The position numbers and the translations under genes are program-made. From Octopus sinensis (lineage: Eukaryota), in contig NC_043012.1 in the NCBI RefSeq assembly GCF_006345805.1, forward strand, positions 59,402,962 to 59,466,961: a stretch of 64,000 nt of DNA. The letters are read 5' to 3'. Numbering within the stretch: the stretch's first letter is position 1; each line of letters begins with the position of its first letter. Shown piece after piece: positions 1 to 13,793 of this stretch. A model generated the notes under the pieces. The model did no database searches. It saw only the letters and a program-made list of their open reading frames with translations, and was not told the origin of the DNA.

Positions 1-949
1 GCCAAATTTATTGATGAAAATAGCTCAAGTGTTCATCGACACACTGCTGTACAAGTGTCGAGGTAAGATACGGAACATAAACCAAGACTTTACAAGCTAC
101 GTATGAACTATTCTATCATCTGAGCGGCCGCCATCTGATTTTTCTCTCTCTCTTTCTCTTTCTCCTTCTCTCTCTCTCTTTCTCTCTCCCCCCCTCTCTC
201 TCTCTCTCTCTCTCTTTCTACCTCTCGTCTCTTCCGACTTCTTTCTCTCATTCATATATATCTCCGTGAAAACATGATATTTGAACAGAAAGTCATTGAC
301 AGCGTAGTTTTTAATCGAAAGTTAATAAAAGTAGGTAATCGCCTGCTGAAATGATCTTGATATATTGGATAAAAATGTAATAATACGGCAGTAGTTATAG
401 TAGTAGAAGTAGTAATAGTAGTAGTAGTTAGCAGTTTGTCTATGCGTATGAGTCAATTTTCCAGAGATGAAAAGCTCAGCTTTGAGATTCCGTTCAAGAG
501 TTTAATAAGGTCAAGTGAACTACTCGAGATAACTTTCATCTTTTCATATTTTTATTACATAAAGAAAAACAGCAGTTGACCTTCACTTTTCGGAAGTAAT
601 AGCAGTGTGTGAATGAATCGTATGAATAGAAAATGAATCGAATAAATCACGGCATTTGATCATCAAAACAGATAAACATTTTGGAAAATGTTAAGATCGA
701 AAATGATAAGTTAGTAGTTGAAATAATTTTAGATGGAGAAATATCGAAGTAATTAGAAAAACGCTGATGCAGAAGTCATAGCTAAAATGTTTACTCATCG
801 ATAATGTAAACGTGTTTATTGTGTTACTCACATTTTGGTTTATTTTATATTTACGTTTTTATTTTTTTTATTTTTCATACTCATTCCAACTTGAACTTGA
901 CGGAGTTTCAATAGCGTTTATATATAGCTCCCGCCACGTCTAGTTTTGA

Positions 950-1000
950 AAATAAATAAATAATAATAATAATGATAATAATAATAATAATAATAATAAA

Positions 1001-1094
<94 letters not shown>

Positions 1095-1105
1095 TAATAA
1101 TAATA

Positions 1106-1143
<38 letters not shown>

Positions 1144-1155
1144 TAATAATAATAA
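950..1155. repeat. (AAT)n microsatellite
   Basis: Direct reading; similar tracts at 1705-1785, 25738-25828, 42342-42450 and 43260-43718. Confidence 0.95.
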
Positions 1156-1732
1156 ATGCCCTGATGCAGTACCAGGCAATAACTCTCATGGCTGCTGATC
1201 TTAACTGATTGGAGGTGTTATCATGTACATTGTTTTGCCTTGGTATAAAAGATGGGCTACTGCAAATATTCTGCACAATACCACAGATTTGCTTGTGAGT
1301 TGTTTGACCCTAACCAGTTGAGCATGTGCCTTAGTGGCTGACGGTAGGTGCATCTCTGATCACGAGCAGAAGTAGTGCGGGAGCATCACAGCCGTGTGTT
1401 GAGTGGGATTTTTGGGGGTTTGAATAATTCACCTCTGGAAACATGGGTGGTTCGTTCAACATCTTTAAACAATCCTTATTCAGGGACCTTTTGAGCGGGA
1501 TGGGCAACTCTACCAGAAAAAAATTCTAACTGGGCCCCACCTGCAAGGTCATGCGCCGTTTATCTTGATCACCATGTTGCACACATATGCTTGTGATGCA
1601 TGTGCCTGGTGTACCCTTATCAGACGGGTAGTCGTGATGGGTATACTGGGCTTCGTATATTGTAACCCAGTGTCACTTTGATGGCATGCACTGTTCTCTT
1701 ACACAATAATAATAATAATAATAATAATAATG

Positions 1733-1772
<40 letters not shown>

Positions 1773-1784
1773 CAACAATAACAA

Positions 1785-1900
1785 TACAGAACACTTTCCA
1801 TACAATAACCATCAGAGAATCACAGCACATACCTAAGGCACACAGAGCTGCGCTCGGTAGTGAAGTGAAAGCACGCTATAAAAATAAAACTACTGAATAA
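1785..1900 (+). mobile_element. Extreme 3' end of a probable R4/Dong-clade LINE (last codons plus 3' UTR) within (AAT)n
   Basis: agaacactttccatacaataa reads RTLSIQ*, resembling the R4/Dong C-terminus, followed by ~95 bp UTR ending in AAT repeats; flanked by (AAT)n. Confidence 0.45.
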
Positions 1901-1915
1901 CAATAATAATAATAA

Positions 1916-2405
1916 TGTGACTCACTAATTGATACTCGGAGACCAGATATTGGTGTGGTAGAGAGTGTGAAAAAAGGAAACCAAGGTGATAGATATTGCA
2001 GTACCTGGGGATGCACGCACAAGTGACGAAGAACTAGAAAACATTGAAAACTGCAGACTACTAAGAGACGAAATTGCAAGAATGAGGACTATGAGGGTAG
2101 TGTCTGTCATTCCAGTAGTTGTAGGGCACTCGGAGCACTAACAACCAAATTCGAGAAATACGTTAAAGAAATCGGAATTGATATGAGAGCAGAGCAAGCT
2201 CAAAAAACTGCCCTGCTGGGGACTGCTAGGATTTTGAGATTCGTACTTGGATATTGAATACCCACCATGATAATTCACAACCAAATATCAAAGCTTATAA
2301 TGTGCGGAAAGAGACTCTGTGAGACCTCTGACAGTAGGCTACTGTCCGCTCTCACAGAATATGAACCCGAGAACTAAAACAATAATGTATCCAATAGAAA
2401 AATAA
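1916..2405 (+). mobile_element. 5'-truncated R4/Dong-clade non-LTR retrotransposon, restriction-like endonuclease domain plus 3' UTR
   Basis: Hand translation across frameshifts: CDSLIDTRRPDIGVV..KETKVIDIAVPGD..ELENIENCRLLRDEIARM..VSVIPVVVG/ALGALTTKFEKYVKEIG..AQKTALLGTARILRFVLGY*. This is the PD..D RLE motif plus the LLGTARILR terminus; it lies directly after (AAT)n, the known Dong target. Confidence 0.85.
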
Positions 2406-2515
2406 TATAATGTAATATAATATCTGTGTATGCCTTCCATATTTACTCTACTGTACTCTTCTACACACATACACACACACTCACGAACACACACACGCAT
2501 GCGCGCGCACATACC

Positions 2516-2920
2516 CTTTTACTTGTTTCAGTCATTTGACTGCAGCCATGCTGGAGCACCGCCTTTAGTCGAATCAAATCGACCCCATGACTTATTCTCT
2601 GTAAGCCTAGCACTTAGTCTATCAGTCTCTTTTGCCGAACCGCTAAGTTACGGGGACGCAAACACACAATCATCGGTTGTGAAGTAATGTTGTGGGGACA
2701 AACACAAACACACAAGCATATACACACATATACACACACATATATATACATATATACGACAGGCTTCTTTCAGTTTCCGTCTACCAAATCCACTCACAAG
2801 GCTTTGGTCAGCCCGAAGCTATAGTAGAAGACACATGTCCATGGTGTCACGCAGTGGGACTGAACCCGGAACCATGGGGTTGATAAGCAAGCTACTTACC
2901 ACACAGTCACTCCTGCGCCT
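2516..2920 (-). mobile_element. SINE family A (tRNA head, internal TA/TG microsatellite, tail ..tgactgaaacaagtaaaagagt), full length
   Basis: Reverse complement of the copies at 23260, 56856 and 61065; A-box-like gtggctgtgtgg and B-box-like ggttcagtccc. Confidence 0.9.
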
Positions 2921-2930
2921 ATCATATTTA

Positions 2931-3143
2931 TTTCTTTATTGCCCACAGGGGGCTAAACATAGAGGAGACAAACAAGGACAGACAAAAAGTTTCAGTCGAT
3001 TACATCGACCTTAGTGTGTTGCTGATGCTTATTTAACAGACCCCAAAAGGATGAAAAGCAAAGACGACTTCGGTGGAGTTTGAACTCAGAACGTAACGCT
3101 AGGCGAAATACCGCTAGGCATTTCGCCTGGCGTGCTTACGATT
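2931..3143 (-). mobile_element. SINE family B (head ggcggcgagctggcagaa, core gcctttcatcctttcggggtcgataaa)
   Basis: Reverse complement of the copies at 35115 and 54624. Confidence 0.85.
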
Positions 3144-3446
3144 TCATTGTCAAGGCGTTGTTCGGTCCAGGACTATGGAAGAAACCGGTCCAGGGTGCCG
3201 CGCAGCAGACGTTCATCCGAAATCATATGGTTACAAAGCCAGTTTCTTAACAACTCTGCAACCATAAGTCACCATTTAAAAAAAAATCTCTCCTAGTTTT
3301 ATACTCACAACACTCAACTTTCTCTCCTCTCGTTATCATTTTATAAATGAAACTGAAATTAATGGAAAAATTTTATACACAAATCTTGCAGCCAACAAAT
3401 TTTGTCTTCCTCACACAATTTTCAAATTCCATTAAGTAGCCAAATA

Positions 3447-3447
3447 T

Positions 3448-3514
<67 letters not shown>

Positions 3515-3631
3515 CTTTCTTTCTTCGTTTGTTTGCTTGGTTGTTCCTTCCTTCCTTCCTTCCTTCCTTCCTTCCTTCCTTCCTTCCTTCCTTTCTTCCT
3601 TCCTTCTAAATCTATTTGTCTCTCTCTATTT

Positions 3632-3681
<50 letters not shown>

Positions 3682-3726
3682 GTCTGTCTGTCTGTCTGTC
3701 TGTCTTTCTCTCTGTCGGTCTGTCTG

Positions 3727-3795
<69 letters not shown>

Positions 3796-3884
3796 ATATA
3801 TATATGTATATCTATCTGTTTATCTATCTGTCTGTCTGTCTGTCTGTCTGTCTGTCGGTCTGTCTATCTATCTATCTATCTATC

Positions 3885-3929
<45 letters not shown>

Positions 3930-3995
3930 CCTACCTACCTACCTACCTACCTACCTACCTATCTACCTATCTATCTACCCACCTATCTATCTATC
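3447..3995. repeat. Compound (TTTC)n/(TTCC)n/(TCTA)n/(TCTG)n/(CCTA)n microsatellite
   Basis: Direct reading. Confidence 0.95.
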
Positions 3996-4397
3996 AGTCA
4001 GTTTACTAAATATTCTTGTCTTCCTTTTCGCTTTTTCTTTCCATGCCATTTCGTAGAGAGACAGCCTATATCTCATCTCATCTCATCCACACACACACGA
4101 AACTCACCGCCTCATTCCTCACCTCACCACTCCTCCAGTAAAACAGCCTCTTCCATTCCACGACCCACCTCCATCGCCAGTCCACGGCTCTCTCTCGAAA
4201 CCATTGACCTACAGTTGATGTTACCATTGAGCATTAAACGATATCAATCACAGCAATGGGGGAGGATCTACGAATTCTTCGTGGTAACTTCACATCTTCT
4301 CCGGATCAATTTATTAAAAGAATTTTTCTTTTCTCTGTGCAAGAAATTACAGATGTGTAAAATTATAAAACGATGTGCTAATATTTAGAAAGATATC

Positions 4398-4431
<34 letters not shown>

Positions 4432-4502
4432 CCATCATCACCATCACCATCATCACCATCACCATCGTCAATATCATCATCATCATCATCATCATCATCA
4501 GT

Positions 4503-4545
<43 letters not shown>

Positions 4546-4738
4546 CCTTCGTCATCTTCGTCATATTTGTCATCGTCGCCGTCGTATTCTTCTTCTTCTT
4601 CTTCTTCTTCATCATCATCATGATCATCATCCTCATCCTCCTCCTCATCATCATCATCATCATCCTCATCGTTATCGTCGCCGTTATCATCGTCGTTGTC
4701 GTCGTTTTCTTCTTCTTCTTCTCTTCTTCTTCTTCTTC

Positions 4739-4770
<32 letters not shown>

Positions 4771-4855
4771 GTTATTATTATTGTTATTATCAGCATCATC
4801 AGCAGCAGCAGCAGCAGCATCATCATCATCATCATCCTCATCATCATCATCATCA

Positions 4856-4925
<70 letters not shown>
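4398..4925. repeat. Compound trinucleotide microsatellite (ATC/TTC/ATT/AGC)
   Basis: Direct reading. Confidence 0.95.
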
Positions 4926-5413
4926 CCTATCTCAAGTACAAATTAATTACCGCTGCGGTTGTCTGTGTTTGGTTGTCTGTGTTCCCTCGAGCCACTGCCG
5001 TCCATCATAACTTAATTGTTGCATGCATCGTTGTTGTTGCTATCCTTGTAGTTGTTTTTGTTTTTGTTGTTGTTGATGTTGTTGTTATTGATGCTGTTTA
5101 GCCCCAGTCCAACCCTGATCGATCAGAACTAATGATCAAAAGAACTTAATCATTTTCGAAAGAAAATTCTTTCGAAACCACAACAAATGTCAGAAAACTT
5201 ATAGAAACAAGCCACATTAAATACAACAACAACAAAAACACCTCCACCACCACCACCATCACCACCACCAATACCACCACCACCACCACCACCAACAACA
5301 ACAGCAACAATAATTATTTCTGATTAAATCGGAGCATATTTTTAGTTAACCTTCAATTAATTTTCAGTCGACCTTCAGATATTAACACATTGCCCTCATT
5401 CCAATATGACATA

Positions 5414-5718
5414 GGAGGCACATGGCTTAGTTGTTAGAGCAGCGGACTTGCGGTCGAGAGATCGCGGGTTCGAATCTCAGACCGGGCGATGCGTGTGTTT
5501 ATGAGCGAAACGCTCAATTCCACGCGGCTCCGGCAGAAGGTAATGGCGAACTTCTGCTGACTCTTTCGCCACAACTTTCTCTCACTCTATCCTCCTGTAT
5601 CTTGCAGCTCACCTGCGACGGCCCGGCGTCCCGTCCAGGTGGGGAACCTATACGCCAAGGAAACCAGGAAACCGGCCCTTATGAACCAGGCATAGCTCGA
5701 GAAGGAATAAAATAAACA
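5414..5718 (+). mobile_element. SINE family C (tRNA-like head, tail cctgcgacggaccggcgtcccgtccagg..gagaaggaacaaac)
   Basis: A box tggcttagttg, B box ggttcgaatc; homologous copies at 40739-41041 and 59226-59500. Confidence 0.9.
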
Positions 5719-6298
5719 ATATGACATAAACCTCAATATGGTGATATGAGTATTTGAGGCAATCGTGCCATTCTTGTGAACATGAAGAACGTAAGATAAA
5801 GTTAAGTGACACCAGCTGATAATTGGCAAAAGAGGTCCTCCATGTGCCGCTTGTCTTTCTCCTCCATGCGCCGCTCGTCTTTCTAGATAAAACAGTCAGA
5901 TTGTTTTCTAAAAATGCATGCTATTTATCGTTTTAAAATGGGAAGCATAGCTCAGGGAAACGTAGTCAACACGGTCGTAAAAGTATTTTAGGCCCCAAGG
6001 CAAAGTAATGCACTGAGGCCCGAAGAATATGCTTCATCACAGTATATATAGATTGACACTGGGTGCCTTAATTCGGGGTAGCTCGCTGGAGAGTTGCAGG
6101 CTGAGCACATGCCAATAGACGGCACTATAAGTAATGACTGAGTATAAACTGCGATGGTCATAGCTGGAACACCTTTGAGAAGAAGTTCTTTTCGGCTGAG
6201 GCTGACTTGAAGCCAAACAAGAAGAGACATAGTCACGACAACAGTAGCAACAACAGCAATAACAATAACTACCATAATACTGAAGGCAGAATAAAGTG

Positions 6299-6369
6299 GA
6301 CCAAAGCCTTGTGAGTGGATTTGGTAGACGGAAACAGAAAGAAGCCCGTCGTATATATGTATATATATA

Positions 6370-6400
<31 letters not shown>

Positions 6401-6632
6401 ATGTGTGTGTGTGTGTGTATGTTTGCGTGTCTGTGTTTGTCCCCCAAAATCGCTTGACAACCAATGCTGGTGTGTTTACGTCCCCGTAATGTTGCTGTTC
6501 GGCAAAAGGGACCGATAGAATAAGTACTACGCTTACAAAGAATAAGTCCTGGGGGTCGATTTGCTCGACTAAAGGCGGTGCCCCAGCATGGCCACAGTCA
6601 AATGACTGAAACAATTAAAAGAGTAAAAGAGT
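6299..6632 (+). mobile_element. SINE family A, 5'-truncated
   Basis: Matches family A from gaccaaagccttgtgagtgg to the aaaagagt tail. Confidence 0.9.
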
Positions 6633-6875
6633 AATTCTTAAGAATATTTAATCATAGAAATATGATATATCTAAAAAGAAAAACAATGGCTGTAGGGGTC
6701 CCACCAAATAAAATAGGAATCAAAGGAATCCATAGGGAACAAAATGGTCGGGAACCCTTGATACAAAGCAATGAGCTTGAGCAAGCGATTCAGCTGATCG
6801 AAAAGTTGAATAGGGACAGTGACACTGCAGAAGATGTTTCGTTTCACTCACAAATATTATAAATAAAGCAAGAAA

Positions 6876-7070
6876 GGCGACGAGAGGGCAAATTTGTTAA
6901 GATGCCGGGAAATATGCTGAGAGGTATTTCAACCGTTTTTACGTTTCTGTTCAATTTTCGCTAAGGTTGACTTTGCCTGTCATCCTTTCGGGAGCGATGG
7001 AATAAGTACCAGTTAAACACTGGGGTAAATGTAATGACTTCTTCCTCTCCTCAAAACCCCCTGGCCCATT
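6876..7070 (+). mobile_element. SINE family B, diverged
   Basis: ggcgacgagagggca head; gactttgcctgtcatcctttcggg..aataagtaccag core. Confidence 0.75.
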
Positions 7071-7198
7071 ATTAATAAAAAAGTTTAAAATGTATCTTAA
7101 TGCTTTTTAACTTTAAATGTGAAGAATACGAGAACGTTTTCGTTACTTTTTCATCTCTTGTGTCCCACGAAGTGATAAATAAACATTGAAACCTGCAG

Positions 7199-8131
7199 CA
7201 GTAGGATATGATCTACAGGAGATTTGGTATATATTTCTAGCAAATCCAACCATCACATAGAGGTTCCCAAGTTTGTCCGTATGTTGCTTGGGTCAGAAAA
7301 AACTTTATTTTAAAAACTTATTAATTTTTTACAGAAGAGTTGGGGTAAAATGGTAGACGTAGTGATTGTGGCATTCATCCAACATCAGTAGGATATGATC
7401 TACAGGAGATTTGGTATATATTTCTAGCAAATCCATCCATCACATAGAGGTTCCCAAGTTTGTCCGTATGTTGCTTGGTCAGAAAAAACTTTATTTTAAA
7501 AACTTATTAATTTTTTGCAGAAGAGTTGGGGTAAAATGGTAGACGTAGTGATTGTGGCATTCATCCAACATCAGTAGGATATGATCTACTGGGGATTTGG
7601 TATATATTTCTAGCAAATCCATCCATCACATAGAGGTTCCCAAGTTTGTTCGTATGTTGCTTGGGTCAGAAATAACTCTATTTTAAAAACTTATTAATTT
7701 TTTTGCAGAAGAGTTGGGGTAAAATAGTAGACGTAGTGATTGTGGCATTCATCCTACAGCAGTAGGATATGATCTACAGGAGATTTGGTATATATTTCTA
7801 GCAAATCCATCCATCACATAGAGGGTCCCAAGTTCGTCCGTATGTTGCTTGGGTCAGAAAAAAACTTCATTTTAAAAACTGATTAATTTTTTGCAGAAGA
7901 GTTGGGGTAAAATGGTAGACGTAGTGATTGTGACATTCATCCTACATCAGTAGGATATGATGTACAGGATATTTGGTATATATTTCTAGCAAATCCAACC
8001 ATCACATAGAGGTTCCCAAGTTTGTTCGTACATTGGTTGATTCAGAACAAATCCATTTTTAAAATTATTTCTTTTTTGGTAGAGGTTGGGAGAGTAAAAT
8101 GCAAGATGGAGTGATTGTGGCATTCATCCTA
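7199..8131. repeat. Tandem repeat, ~187-bp unit x5
   Basis: Units start cagtaggatatg at 7199, 7386, 7572, 7760 and 7948; the last unit is the most diverged. Confidence 0.95.
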
Positions 8132-8518
8132 TTCTCTGCGCACATCCCATTACATAGCATGTAATGTTTTATTCAATCGTTATTTCTTAGTCTTGACTAC
8201 AATAGAGAGAGCGTTCGGAGGCGTCACGATGTTTATATAGTCTGCTTGCGTCTGTCAGTATATATTAGACCATTCTTAAGCCATTAACTCCTCTACACAA
8301 TACAAACATACACGCATACGAATCAAAACATGCATGCATACATAAATGCGCATATATACACATACACACATATACATACCGTGCATATAAATATGTAATA
8401 ATTTCGTTTTTCATAACGTATTGTTATGTAATTCTTTTTTTTTATTAGACAATCATCGCCGTCGCCGTTCTCATAATCATCACCATCATCATAATTACCA
8501 GCAGCATTACTGCTGCTG

Positions 8519-8570
<52 letters not shown>

Positions 8571-8665
8571 AACAGTTACCAGGACCTATATACGAGTACA
8601 TATGAATGCACAGCCGTGTGTGTTTGTATATGTATGTATGTATGTATGCATGTATGTATGCATGA

Positions 8666-8697
<32 letters not shown>

Positions 8698-8754
8698 TAT
8701 ATATATATATAGATAGATAGATAGATAGATAGATAGACATATACACTTACACGC

Positions 8755-8801
<47 letters not shown>

Positions 8802-8876
8802 TGCATGTATATATGTATGTATGTAGTATGCATGTATGTATGTATGTATGTATGAATATATATATATATATAGATC

Positions 8877-8934
<58 letters not shown>

Positions 8935-8948
8935 GTGTATATTTATAT

Positions 8949-8985
<37 letters not shown>

Positions 8986-9037
8986 TAGATAGATAGATAG
9001 ATAGATAGACATATACACTTACACGCATATAATATAT

Positions 9038-9070
<33 letters not shown>

Positions 9071-10237
9071 TATATACATACTATATACATACGTTATACG
9101 CACACACAAACATATATGAGCTATAAGAAACATATTTGTACACAGACACACATATCTATTTGTGTACATACACACACATACACATACAAAGAGTGAGAAA
9201 GAAGCAGAAAAACAGAACGAGAGAGAGAGAGAGAGAGAGAGACAGAGAAAGGGGTAGGGGTGTGTATGTTTGTGTGGGGGCGGGCGGGTAGGAAAAGGAG
9301 AGAAAAAGAGGTGAGGAGGATAAAGTGCGATTACGTTGTAAATTACTTTCATTGTGATCGTATTAATGAGGTTTTAGCAGTATACGATATCTGATGATCT
9401 CATTGGAGAGGTTTCCATTTTATCCATCTATATCCATATCCATATGCGTGCCTGTTATTCTTCCATATATATATATACTACTATCGTTCCTCCATACTTT
9501 CTTGTTAATATCACAAACCGTTGTTGTCGATTTTTCTCCGATATTTCAGAGAGATTAATAACCACACCGCCACCGCACATCACATGACACTCCCTTAGTT
9601 GAGCTTCATACTAAGAGAATACAGAGGCATACTGTCAACCTTCCAACTCCCGGATCAATAAATCCATCTCGGATAAAATGAAAATACGAAATTAAGCTTT
9701 CCCCCGTCTTATCGACACATCAACTCTTTCATAGCTATACTTCTTTTATTCGAAGAATAGCGGCCAACAATGGTACCAGAAAATGGCGGAAGGAGTTTTC
9801 GATTGCCGCTTGAGTAGGAGATATGGAAAGAAAAAAAATATAGAAAAATAGAAAAATAAAAATAAAAATAAAATAAACGAAATAAAATAAAAATAAATAA
9901 GATAAAAAAGCTACATAATGCCACAAACAAAAAAAACACAAAAACAAAAGAAAAACAAAAAACTCACAAACAAAAAGAAACTAAACAACAACTATACAAA
10001 AACAAATACAACACCGATTTCATGGTAATTCATCTGTCTTCGTTTCCATTGAATGAAAACTCCAGTATCATTGACAATATGAAGAGCTTCCTGTTGTGTT
10101 AATGGCAATGGTATTTAATATTATTATTATTTTCATCATCATCATCATCAGCAGCAGCAGCAGAATTTTTTATTATTACTGTTGTTGTTGTTGGTGGTGC
10201 TGATAGTGTTCTTGTTGTTTGTTGTTATCTGTTTCTT

Positions 10238-10278
<41 letters not shown>

Positions 10279-10488
10279 GTTTGAAAATGACATGCGAAAA
10301 TATTCTCGGCTACATTTTCATTGTCCTCCAATCTCTTTAGAAATTACACGCTAGCATCTTGGTCTAGTTTAGTTTCTATCCATCACAACGGTGGCAATGG
10401 TTTGATTCCTATCTTTCTTTATTAAGCATCTCCCATCCCTATCTCTCTCTCTCACATGCTCATTCTCTTTTCTTTCTTTCTCTCACGA

Positions 10489-10567
<79 letters not shown>

Positions 10568-10907
10568 TCGTGTATATATCTTTATACTCATATACATAAA
10601 TAAATCATTTAAAGTATTATCTCGAAGCAAATCCAGACATTTATAAAGATTTGCCGTGTATTGGGTTCAAAATATGGTCAAAGGCAAACCTGTGGGATTC
10701 AAATTCACTCCCTTTCTACAGCGGTTCGAGTCCCGTTGATAACCTCGGCTCTTTTTTATCACTCACGGGGCTTATAACCCGGTATATTACAAACTATTAT
10801 CTCTAAGTGTATTTTCTGCTTGATACACCATTAAATAATATATTTACATAGTTGTCCATGTTTCTATTTTTGCCTTGTAAATATAAACAAATATCCTTGT
10901 ATAAACT

Positions 10908-11096
10908 TGTATGGCTGGGTGGTTAAACAGCTCACTTTACATCCACGTGATTTCGGGTTCAGTTCCATAGCGCAGCTCCTTCCAAAATTTTCATGTACTG
11001 TAGCTTCGGGCCGACTTTGCCTTGTGAATCTATTTGTGTGGAAATCCATTGTGTGTGTATGTGAGTGTATGTGTGTGTGTGTGTGTGTGTGAGTGT

Positions 11097-11140
<44 letters not shown>

Positions 11141-11720
11141 TTAGTCAATTCAAATAAACGAATGAAATTAACGCACAAGAAATGTATCAGCTTGACGCTT
11201 GGTGAAAAGAGTGACGTTTCAAGCATAGCACTTCGTCAGAAAGGGAAACAGGAAAGATCCAAGAAAAACCTCTATTAAACAATTCAATAATGAAAGATAT
11301 TATTCATACCATATAGAAAACATATACTATAAAAATCTTATTCTAAAAATCAACAAAGTACAATAAATAGTAAATAGTAGTAAAAGACTACGTGCATTTC
11401 CTGGCTATATTTTCAAATAGATAATAGTATAATCAATTCGATTTAAAATTAAATCGATCTAATATATATAATATATATGCGTGTGTGTGTTTGTGTGTAT
11501 GCTTTTATGCCTATGCTTGTCACATGTCCCATCATTTGACAGCCGGTGTTGTTTTCTTTACATCTCCGTAACTTGGAGTTTAGGTAAAAGAAACCGATAG
11601 ACTAAAGACCAGGTTTTAAAAGAACAAAAGTTTGTGAATCGATTTATTCAACTAAAACCCTGTAAGGCAGAGCCCCAGTATGGCCACAATCCGATAAGTG
11701 AAACATATGAAAGATAAGTG
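10908..11720 (+). mobile_element. Old diverged family A-like SINE, split (head 10908-11050, tail ~11480-11720)
   Basis: tggctgggtggttaa..gggttcagttcca head; aaaagaaaccgatag..cccagtatggccac tail. Confidence 0.65.
11213..11243 (-). ncRNA. Degenerate minimal hammerhead ribozyme motif (Penelope-type)
   Basis: Minus strand reads ttt CTGACGA A GTGC TAT GCTT GAAACGTC; upstream flank ggatctttcc shared with the copy at 52115; stems imperfect. Confidence 0.55.
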
Positions 11721-12036
11721 AAACATATGAAACATATTGTAATGTGCACGTTATAACCAATGTTTTAAAAGTCCATGTGTTTCTTTATAACATTATGAGG
11801 GAGCCTGTGTAGAGAATCCACTGTGTTTGGGCGGAATTTTTTTGTTGGTACGCTCCTTGGTTCTGAAGGTAAAAGAGGTAAGCCTGGAGAACACATCATG
11901 TGTGTGTGCGCGTGTGTGTACATACATACATACATACATACATACATACATACATACAACATACATACATACATATATGCATGCATGCATACATACATAC
12001 ATGTCAGTTCTATATATCTGTCTATCTATCTGTATG

Positions 12037-12070
<34 letters not shown>

Positions 12071-13484
12071 TGTATGTATGTATGTATGTATGTATGTATG
12101 TATGTGTATGGATACGTACGCACTCATACACGCATAAATATACACACTCATCCACGCACATAATCGCACACACATATATATGAACATATACAATATACTC
12201 GCGTGCACGCAAACACTCACACACATACTTATATACACACATATATACATACGAACACAAATGTGCGCGTGTGTTTCATTATATATGTTTTCAGGCTCTT
12301 GTCCATTACTGTTTTTATCACTATATGGTTTGAACAACACAACAACATCAATAACAACAACCACAAAAAGGCTACCAACAAAAAGAAATTAAAAAAAAAA
12401 GAAATGGAAACACCTCTTGCGAGCAATATGGACTAGCCTGTACTATTGTCATATCATGTTTCCATAATTTGTAAACCAGTATTTTAGAAAACGTGTACTT
12501 TTTGCTTTGGAAATTTTAGACTACATAAAATATTGATGATTAATGCTTGTTATGTTTCGTATTTGTTCTTTTCTGAATCCACTCTCGAGTCTTAGCTTAT
12601 GAACACGAGCTGTCTATTCATGTACAAAATAAACATTTCCAAGAGTTGTATAGCAAAAGCACAATACCACTGCTTATGTTAAACTAATTACGAGAAAAAC
12701 CTTATTTTACAATTTAAACACAGATAACGTAAAAATAAATATATAAAAACAGAGGGAGAAATAAAACTGTTAACTGTATCAAAAATAATAAACTGCTTTC
12801 GCAATTTGAAACAAAATCTGGTTTTCGGCGTGGATTTTTGCTGTTGTGTAAAAGATGTTTGAGTGTATGGCGGATATATAGTGTGAAAATAAAAGCTGAT
12901 GTAATCTGATAAAAGGAAAAGGAGGAGGAGAGACGAGAGGGGGAGGAGAAGATAGAATATGAAGACGATGGAAAACAACATCAACTTGTACTGCTGCTGC
13001 TGCTACTACTACTACTACTACAAACAGAAAGTAACTTGAAAGAAGTCAAAAGTTCAGCGTAAGGTGAGAATTTTGTTAAAACTTGGCAACTTTTACTTTC
13101 CCTTGCTAAGTATTTCAGAGTTTTAAATTTCTTTACACTTCAACATTTGTTACACTTAGAAGTTTGTGGCGAATCGTTTGCAGTAAAGAAAGATCATCGT
13201 CTGTGATTTTTTCATTTTTTTAGCATATTATCGTCTGCCTTTTTTCTCTTTTGCGTTTTGAAAGCTGGTTTGGGATTATGTAACGTGTCAAATTTTGCAA
13301 AAACAATGGACGTAACTGTTTTATTAGTAAACTGAAAATTTTAAGACAAACATTTAAAAATAATTTCATAAACACGAAACACCGTTAGACTGAACTTAAA
13401 ATAACATTTAATATTAGAAAATAAAACATTTGTTTGAAATTGGTCTTTGTATTTAAAACTTATGAGCACATACATTTAGGTTAT

Positions 13485-13793
13485 ATCACCGTCACCGTGA
13501 CCGAGCAGGCTATCAGATGTTGCTACACATCGCTGGTTACAATGCGCTTCGCATTGTTTTAGCCTTCAAATGACACCACCCCGCTGGCTAGGCGAGCGGG
13601 CCAACAGAAGAAAGAGTGAGAGAAAGTTGTGGCGAAAGAGTACAGCAAGGAACGCCACCACCCCTGCCGGAGTCTCGTGGAGTTTCAAGTATTTTCGCTC
13701 AATAAACACTCACAACGCCCGGTCTGGGAATCGAAACGGCGATCCTACAACCGCGTGTCTGCTGCCCTAACCACTGGGCCATTGCGCCTCCAC
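13485..13793 (-). mobile_element. SINE family D (head and body shared with family C, different tail ending ggtcacggtga)
   Basis: Second copy at 62199-62483; shares actctttcgccacaactttctctcactct with family C. Confidence 0.9.

Noticed and set aside
4108-4208. Minus-strand exon (tag|..|gtgagt)
   Set aside because: No polypyrimidine tract, and the only open frame gives an implausible Trp/Arg-rich peptide
5414-5490. tRNA gene calls for SINE heads (also 13720, 33330, 40740, 59430)
   Set aside because: A and B boxes are present but there is no complete cloverleaf, and each continues into a SINE body
7199-8131. CRISPR-like array
   Set aside because: The whole unit repeats with no unique spacers; eukaryotic context
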